A DNA stretch of 50,994 nt from Trichomonas gallinae (taxonomy: Eukaryota): NCBI GenBank assembly GCA_008369845.1, contig MRSU01008998.1:1-50994 (forward strand), written 5' to 3'. The notes under the pieces were generated by a model. It was not told where the DNA came from and made no database searches. It was given only the letters and a program-made list of their open reading frames with translations. Positions 43,863 to 50,994 of this stretch are shown in pieces. The stretch's first letter is position 1. The number at the start of each line of letters is the position of its first letter. The translations under genes were made by a program, and so were the position numbers.

Positions 43863-44837
43863 TATTATATAGCATTTACTTTCAAAGGTTGGTCTTCCTA
43901 TTACAATAATTCTGAGTTCATATATGTTATTAATGATCCTGCGCATGAAAATATCAATGTAACTAATGGCGCATCTTATTATGTTAAATTTTGCAATTTT
44001 ATCGAGCAAAAAACATCAGGTGCAATAAGATTTGATAATCAAACTGCATCGCCAGAGTTACTCATTGATTCAACTACTTTTATAAGTTGTTCATCAAATT
44101 TTTTAGGCGGATCTCTATATTTTAAGAATGGAGAATGTATTCAAAACAAAGTATGTTACTATCAATCCATTACAATTGACAGATATGGTCATGCCATTTA
44201 TTGCTTTACTGATGACAGAAAAAGAAATATATTGAAAAATTCATGCTTATTTAATTGTGGTAGTGAACAAGATCCAATAACCAATATTATGTCTGGTTTA
44301 ATTGAAGTTAAAAACTTAAACAAATCGAATGAAATTGCTTTGGAAATCCCAGTAATAGTATTAATTGCTAAAATTGAAGGTCTTTTTCAATATACTAACA
44401 TAATAAATCACACACAAATTCAAAATGATCAAGCATCAGCTAATATTGGTAGTGCGAAATTCGAAATCTACAGTTGTAACTTTGTGAAGCTCACAAAACC
44501 AAATGATGTTATAAAAAATATAATCAATTGTGATGGGAATGTTACGATCGATAATTGCTGTTTCGTGGAAATTGATTGTGAGACTTTGTTTAGTGTCACT
44601 AATAATAGCTCATTAATTGTGAAAAACTGTTATTATGAGAAAAACACAACATCGGGATCAGTTAAAATCATTTCTCCAAAACAAGATGATAGTACTTTAT
44701 CATTAACACATTGGTATATTGGGAAATGTTTCCCTTATAAAATATACAAGGCTCTATATTCCTGCCAAGGAAATGAAAAAATAGGATGTTATTTACATCC
44801 ATTCGCTCCTTCAATGCTCACTTATTTCACTTTTTAA
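43863..44837 (+). pseudogene. Pmp/beta-helix-like secreted or surface family ORF lacking an N-terminal ATG
   Basis: The frame is open from 43863 (324 codons): KGWSSYY...YVKFCNF...SGAI.F...IDSTTF..C...GGSLYF...KVC...IYSCNF...IDNCCF. It has no ATG near its 5' end and belongs to the same motif class as the N-terminus of 30017. Confidence 0.65.
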
Positions 44838-44928
44838 TAAAAGATTTGTTAAATTTATTCATAAATACAAATTATTTTATTAATCTATAAAAGAACAACA
44901 AAAACATGAAAAAAAAATATAAAAAAAT

Positions 44929-47900
44929 CTAACAGAAGTAACTTGGTCTTACGGAATCTCTGAAAGCCTCCAGTTGATTTGCAACATCTATCATTAAATT
45001 GTGCTCGTGAACAGCCCAGAAGTCGGACAAAGCCTGGGAAATGTGTGGTTCTAGTGTTTGATTTGATTGTTGTGCCTCAGTAAGCATCTGGAATGACTCT
45101 GTGATATAATCCGGAACAGTGTCGAAGAAAAGCGTCGACTGGATGATTGATATTAACCCTTTGACGCCAGCAATTCTTTTAGAAGTCGATTCTCCACCAA
45201 ACAACAGTTTCCTGTAGTAGTCAACGTAGTAAGGAATCTTGTTCCTCAAAATGTCAGAGCTCTTAAGAAGGAAAGTGAAAACGTCAGCAGCTGATTCTTG
45301 GACGTCGAAATTCGGCAGTTCTATTGCAGGCATAACTATTTCGTTCACAAGTTTCTCGAGGTCATTGTCTGATATAAAGAAATAGTTGACCTCGAAGAAA
45401 GCATAGTTAAAGAAAAGTATAACAGCCTGACCCTGCCATATTCTTTTTTCTAACGTTAACTGCGAGAATATTTTCTGAATAACTGGTGCAGCAGTTTCTT
45501 TTGTTAAAGGCCTTGAAGAACAAGTCCAGAGCCAGTTCGATCTAATGAAATGCAACAAACAGCCTCGGGCCTTCTTCTCTTCATCCTCGGTCTTTCCTAA
45601 ACATATATCTAGCCACTCTGAAATTTTGTCAATTGCAAGTCTATTAACTACGAAGGAACTCATTGCTTGTGTTGTGAATTGCGCTGTCAGCCATGCAACT
45701 AAGAAAGAATCTCCTGCTTTAGATAAAACGTTGTCGAACAAAGTTCTAACTTCAGCAGGAATCTCGTCGTTTTCTAGAGTAAAGAAAGTCGAAAACAGCG
45801 AAGAAACAGCCCTGATTGAACATTCTCTTATCTGCTCGAATTGTTGAGCTTCCTTCTCGAACATTGGTAATATAGCTTTGTCGATTGTTTGAGGGACAAT
45901 TGTAGGATACCTCCATGCGAACTCTAATAATATATCCACGACGAGTGAAGCTGTTTTGACATCGCGAATCTGTGTGATATGGTCTGGAATTACTCCAATA
46001 AGTTCATCGAATAGCCACCAGTACCTTCTCGGATCATGATCTGACAAACCGCAGACAACTGAAACAAACCAAACTGACTGGAAGTCGCTTTCGCCTTCTC
46101 TGACGACTCTCGCTATGAAAGGCAGGATGTAAGGAATGATTTTTTCGATCCAGTCCCACTTCCAGCCTTTTGTAGCGAAGATTATTGAAGAAAAAAGTTC
46201 GCCCGCTATGACATGCATTGCTATGTTTGCGTTTTTTGCTGTGAGCTTCTCCATCTGTTCTGATAGTTTTGGAATAAACGGAATTCCGAGCAATCTGAGT
46301 ATAGAAACCCAGAATTGGACTCGCATTTTGGAGTAAGACTCTTCCTGATGGACCTGAGAGTCAACAAGTGATTGGCAGATCTGGTCAAGAAACTCGTTGT
46401 CATCAATAAAGTGATTTACGAGCATCTTGTGAATCTCGATTCTATTATCTGGATCCGGGAAATATTGCGCGAGATATTCTCTGTCAACCAGCTGCTCAGG
46501 AGTCATGAATTCTGGCTCAGTTGTGCTCAAGCCAACTAAGAATCTGTCCTTGAAAATTGCATTATCGTAATTCTCTGGTGTAACTTTTTCAACATTAACT
46601 CTATTTTTCTTTGGAATCCTAGGAATCAAATGCTCGACGAAGAAAGGCACTGCCTGCATTATTGACTCCCTGAGGCCTTGATCATCGCTCAACAATTTGA
46701 TCATCAAAAACTTAATAACGTTTGGTGCTAAAAGTTCTGGTCTGTCTTTCGCCATCGAAATGATTAAAGCTGTTGAATATGATTCGACTTCTCTGTCTCT
46801 GATGAACTCGTCGTGGCGTTTGAGTGCTATATTTATTATTTCCCTGCGTGTTTCGATGAATTCTGGTGTAGTATAGCATTTTTCGTTGAAATCTATTATA
46901 TCGAATGTCATTGAAATGAAGTGTCGCAAAGATCTGACGGAATCTTCAGGCATGTAGTTAATTATTGGCCTGCAGACTAACAATGCGGCTTGTGCTATTA
47001 TCTTGAAATTAGATGCAGTGAAAACTAACTGGCAGCAGCTACATAATGCTTGTGATAATCCGCTGAGCTTCATATCATCGCCGACAACTTCTTCGGCTTT
47101 GGAAATGAGTTTGTTGAAGAATGGACCAAAATGTTCAGGGAAAATCGCTGAAGTTTCCTGGATAAACAAAGCGCACCAGTTTCGGATTTTAGCGTTGGGA
47201 TGTGTGCAGAAAGGCGCAGACTTTTGGATGATTTTGTGGACTTCGCTAGTATAAGGAGTGAAAGTAACAGCAGCTCTAAATCTAAACATTTGCAAAGCTT
47301 TCCTTGTAATATATCTGTATGTGAAAGCTTTCTCGTCCAAACCGATCGTTAACAACTCCTTCATCGATTTTACCTTTGTGACTTCTTCTCTGCTGTCGAC
47401 TTGGACGTGATCGCGTGGAATTAAAACTATTCCGAGCATTTTTAGCATGGCAATGATGACTTTTTCTTCTGCCTGCTCGTGGAACTGCTGCTCTAGGATG
47501 TCTAATAGGAATTTCCAGTGTTTTTTCAGCGAAGGATAATCTATTGGAGATAAAAATGGATAAGTTTTGATGTCATCTTTCTCTAAAACGTCGAACATTG
47601 AGTTGGACATGTTGAATTTGAGGCCTTTTGCTATGTTTGCGCATAAACAAACGGCTGTTAATTTTTTGCGTACTTCAGGGCCTTTAAAAAGCTCTTCAAT
47701 CCACTTGCAACCAGCATCACACAGTTTGTCGACTGCTGCTAACTCTTTTTCGCCAGGAATAAACCACTCTATCTTTGCATTTTCGAAATCTGTAAATCCA
47801 TTCACTTTATCATTAATTGGCTCTATATTTAATATGTTCTGTAAGGCTGGTTTGAAGCATTGGCAGGCTGCCCTGTGTATTTCTTTGCGTGGATCGTCTA

Positions 47901-49740
47901 ATCCAGATTTAATCACTTGTAAAACTTCATCTGTATGATCTATAACTGCTGAATGATCCATTTTAAGTATTCCTCTAAGCATTGCAAACTTTGTAATTCC
48001 GACTGGCTGCTCCATTAACCTCGGAAAAATAAATTCTCTGCCATTTGGGCCTATCGACTTAATTACATCGAAAACTGCGTATCTCTGAATGTGTTGGACA
48101 GCTTTCATCAAGTGATCTACGATTTCTGCAGCGAATTTCTTTCCCAAAGCGTTGCAAGCAATTCCAATCCATGCTGTCGGAATTTCTCCATACTGGTCAT
48201 GATCTGATTCCGATAAACGTTCGATAAAGTCAATTGCACGCTTAGAAACTTTTAGATATAATTGTTCGTCTTCTTCTTTGACACCAAACGATGCCACGTA
48301 TACTGAAAATAGCGAGAAAATTCGTAATTCTTGTTCAATGTCCAGTCTATCCAATCCTTCCGCAAATTTTATAATAAAATCGTGAATTTCGAATGTGCAA
48401 ACGTCATAGAAGCAGCATACAGGTACTAGTGCTATGACTGTTTTTATCGCTGAGCCTTGTAATCGTTCGTATTTTATAATATGATCTGCAGTCGCTAATA
48501 ATGCAGGTACAACAGTATGTGGCGACAAGCAGGCGAAGTCTTTGATCGAGCCTATCCTCGACTCGACGCAAAATCGTTCTATTTGTATCAAAGGAAGAAT
48601 GAGTTCAACAAACCAATTGTGATCTTGCTCTGTTAAAGGTGGAAACGTAATATTTTCTGTTTTTCCGGCCGATGTGACTCTCTTGATGTATTGTACGATG
48701 ATAGAATTAATGAATATTATCGCAACGTCGGGTGAAAGATCATCATCCGCCTGAGCGATTGGAGAACAGTAATGTTTGACTAAATACATTGTCGTTTCTA
48801 GGTGTTTTTTGACTGCTTCTTTGCATTTGTGACTCAGTAAATTAGTAATAACGTATGTAAAATTTGGAATTAGGTCGTAAACTGTTCTCATTCCGAAGTA
48901 AAAGATTCTGTATAAGTCTGTTTGGTAATCGTTAATAGTTATGTTGGTTTGGTCGAGCGGGGATAAAGGGATTGCGAGATATCGAGATAATTGGTTGAAG
49001 AAAAACGGTAAATACGGCTCCCAGTCCACTTGATCGGATGGGAATTCAGACATTCGAGTAAATAGGCAGAGCCACTGGTAGTCCCAGGACTCAGCGTGAA
49101 ACATTGGCCAGATTGAGAAAAATTTATCAAACCACATCTGCTCTTTGTGCATATTCACAGGCAGAAAGAGGCATAGCAGACAATGCCCAAGCACAAGGGA
49201 GTGGTGATGAGGTTCTAGTAACGGTAGCCAAAGATCTAAAATTTCTTCTGTTGCATTTTCCTCGAAAACATATGTTAAAGCTCGCGTTAATGTGATTAAA
49301 TTTAGAAGTAGAGTTTTCGGAGGTGAATATCGTTTTGTTTTGCTTCGCGAAATTAAATTTTTCTGAAATATTTTGTATAACGGGCGCCACGGAAATCTAA
49401 TCGAAATTTTCATTGATTTAGGTCGATACATATTTGAAAAAGTTTGACATGCTTGCGATACGAGTTTCCAATGGTCCGAAGAAATAATGAAATTGAAAAG
49501 GAGTTTTAAATGTTCTTCAATTTCATCTAGAGTGTATGTATATATTTCAGTGCCGGTGAAAACATCCAAATTGCTCAGCCAGAAGTCAATATCATCGATT
49601 TTGTCTTCTTTGATGGCCAATTTCAAGCGCTCGAATATCATCTCCTTCCAATTTTTCTCATTAACAGGCACTTCCTGTTGTACAAAATCGGGAAAGAGCT
49701 TAATATAATTGGCCGCTCGCTTCTTGTTTATCACCTTCAT
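44929..49740 (-). CDS. PSME4: Proteasome activator PA200/Blm10
   Basis: 1603-aa HEAT-like protein with PWRPLY, F...A..EIL..W.P, LCLFLP, DWEPYLP.FF, AGELFSSII, DPRR.WW, DVQESAA and a C-terminal R.AGV.GL...VP.....LSDF...H...SYFC matching the PA200 C-terminal domain. Confidence 0.88.
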   Translation of the reverse strand: MKVINKKRAANYIKLFPDFVQQEVPVNEKNWKEMIFERLKLAIKEDKIDDIDFWLSNLDVFTGTEIYTYTLDEIEEHLKLLFNFIISSDHWKLVSQACQTFSNMYRPKSMKISIRFPWRPLYKIFQKNLISRSKTKRYSPPKTLLLNLITLTRALTYVFEENATEEILDLWLPLLEPHHHSLVLGHCLLCLFLPVNMHKEQMWFDKFFSIWPMFHAESWDYQWLCLFTRMSEFPSDQVDWEPYLPFFFNQLSRYLAIPLSPLDQTNITINDYQTDLYRIFYFGMRTVYDLIPNFTYVITNLLSHKCKEAVKKHLETTMYLVKHYCSPIAQADDDLSPDVAIIFINSIIVQYIKRVTSAGKTENITFPPLTEQDHNWFVELILPLIQIERFCVESRIGSIKDFACLSPHTVVPALLATADHIIKYERLQGSAIKTVIALVPVCCFYDVCTFEIHDFIIKFAEGLDRLDIEQELRIFSLFSVYVASFGVKEEDEQLYLKVSKRAIDFIERLSESDHDQYGEIPTAWIGIACNALGKKFAAEIVDHLMKAVQHIQRYAVFDVIKSIGPNGREFIFPRLMEQPVGITKFAMLRGILKMDHSAVIDHTDEVLQVIKSGLDDPRKEIHRAACQCFKPALQNILNIEPINDKVNGFTDFENAKIEWFIPGEKELAAVDKLCDAGCKWIEELFKGPEVRKKLTAVCLCANIAKGLKFNMSNSMFDVLEKDDIKTYPFLSPIDYPSLKKHWKFLLDILEQQFHEQAEEKVIIAMLKMLGIVLIPRDHVQVDSREEVTKVKSMKELLTIGLDEKAFTYRYITRKALQMFRFRAAVTFTPYTSEVHKIIQKSAPFCTHPNAKIRNWCALFIQETSAIFPEHFGPFFNKLISKAEEVVGDDMKLSGLSQALCSCCQLVFTASNFKIIAQAALLVCRPIINYMPEDSVRSLRHFISMTFDIIDFNEKCYTTPEFIETRREIINIALKRHDEFIRDREVESYSTALIISMAKDRPELLAPNVIKFLMIKLLSDDQGLRESIMQAVPFFVEHLIPRIPKKNRVNVEKVTPENYDNAIFKDRFLVGLSTTEPEFMTPEQLVDREYLAQYFPDPDNRIEIHKMLVNHFIDDNEFLDQICQSLVDSQVHQEESYSKMRVQFWVSILRLLGIPFIPKLSEQMEKLTAKNANIAMHVIAGELFSSIIFATKGWKWDWIEKIIPYILPFIARVVREGESDFQSVWFVSVVCGLSDHDPRRYWWLFDELIGVIPDHITQIRDVKTASLVVDILLEFAWRYPTIVPQTIDKAILPMFEKEAQQFEQIRECSIRAVSSLFSTFFTLENDEIPAEVRTLFDNVLSKAGDSFLVAWLTAQFTTQAMSSFVVNRLAIDKISEWLDICLGKTEDEEKKARGCLLHFIRSNWLWTCSSRPLTKETAAPVIQKIFSQLTLEKRIWQGQAVILFFNYAFFEVNYFFISDNDLEKLVNEIVMPAIELPNFDVQESAADVFTFLLKSSDILRNKIPYYVDYYRKLLFGGESTSKRIAGVKGLISIIQSTLFFDTVPDYITESFQMLTEAQQSNQTLEPHISQALSDFWAVHEHNLMIDVANQLEAFRDSVRPSYFC

Positions 49741-50443
49741 AATTTTTTTTGAAGCCTGTCACGTTTTGCAAAAGTGACGTTTCTTTTTTCTATAATTTTT
49801 TTCTCATATGTTTGGAGGTTTTTTCTTTCAAAAGTGTAACAATGTCAAATCTTTTTCGCTCTTTTTACCAATACAAAACCCTTATGTAGCCCACATATAT
49901 AATGAAAACACGTTCGAAAGGCTTTAAATTCTATAAATCATATTATTTTGAATATTTCGATTTTTAGCTATTATTCCATGTTTGTTCGGTTCACTATGAT
50001 CTATTATAATAAATTATATCATGAACACAGTATCATATGCTATAAAAATCATCGAACAATTCAAGAATTTTTGTTTGGTTTCGCAATCGACATGATTTGG
50101 CTATCAATCTCAATGCAATGGCTAATGTTATTATATATTTTATTAGTAATAGATTAACAACACAATTGTGAAGACAAAAAATTGGTCGAGTAAAAATAAG
50201 GTTAATTATTGGACCAATTTTAAAAAAATTGCCCCCTCATTTTTATTAATTTTCTTTTTTTCTATCATATCTAGAGAAGCAATTAATTCACAAACATTTC
50301 ACATTGCTATCTAATGAAGTTTTAGTCTATATTCAACTAATGATGCATCAATTCTGATTTTTATTATTCATCAAATCAAAATGATTGGAATTAGATTTTT
50401 TTTAATCAGATTAATCATTATAAAACTATATTAATGATTATTA

Positions 50444-50575
50444 GCTATCATCGTTGGAATTTCTATCGCAGCTGTTGCACTTGTTGTGTTTATCATCGTT
50501 GGAGTCTGGTTCTTTGTTATCAAGCGCAAAGAATCACAAACGGGATCACCAACAATGGGAGCTCCAATCATATAA
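50444..50575 (+). pseudogene. Orphan TM plus cytosolic-tail fragment of a type-I membrane protein
   Basis: Reads AIIVGISIAAVALVVFIIVGVWFFVIKRKESQTGSPTMGAPII*. It is a GC-richer island in AT-rich DNA with an in-frame TGA just upstream (50435-50437). It is not in the ORF track. Confidence 0.6.
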
Positions 50576-50994
50576 AAAAGACAATAAATACCAAATTCTA
50601 GTAAATTTTATTATTTCAAGGAGAAACCATCAAAATTGCATGTCCAATCTATTATGATTTGTTTCATATTAATATAAACATAATTTATCTCTGCCTAATT
50701 CCTAAAATTGTCTATGGTTTGTAATGATGAAATTTAATATCATTTAGTATTCAGTAAATATGCATATTATACTATTATTATGCCTTTATATGATATTCTT
50801 CTGCTAATTTGGCTTCATTATCAATTACATGATGAGTGTGGAATAAGAAACAGAAATTAAGAAATGTTTGTCATGTAAAAGGTCAAAAAAAAAATTATGA
50901 GGTTAAATATATTGCTTAAGGATGCCCTAACCCCCCTCATTTTTTGTTGCCCTCATAACTCTGAATTGGCTAAACTTACAAGCTTTAAACTTAT

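Overview
Eukaryotic, AT-rich, apparently intron-less genomic DNA. Its gene families and core-promoter motifs (DUF3447-ankyrin protein, expanded R2R3 Myb and CAMK families, Pmp-like surface proteins, Inr TCA[T/C]T and AAAGTGAC motifs just upstream of ATGs) point to a parabasalid, most likely Trichomonas; this is an inference. Positions 0.6-28.6 kb are gene-dense: phospholipid N-methyltransferase, NEK kinase, SNARE-less longin, ankyrin protein, exportin-1-like protein, tetraspanin, Rad6-type E2, UBFD1-like protein, alpha/beta hydrolase and a DNAH1-like axonemal dynein heavy chain. Positions 28.6-44.9 kb are gene-poor and turning over: a mucin-stalk surface protein, three tandem Myb paralogues (one with a nonsense codon), an LRR protein, a frameshifted kinase and a start-less surface-protein ORF. 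A PA200/Blm10 gene and an orphan transmembrane-tail fragment follow. No rRNA, tRNA, CRISPR array or transposase was recognised. The most interesting signals are a recurrent bipartite TGACA(TGTAA)...TGTCA upstream element, tandem TGA(C/G)TCA sites, the longin lacking a SNARE motif, the dynein with a degenerate AAA3 site and the Myb subfamily with altered recognition helices. All family calls come from motif recognition by eye, not from database searches.
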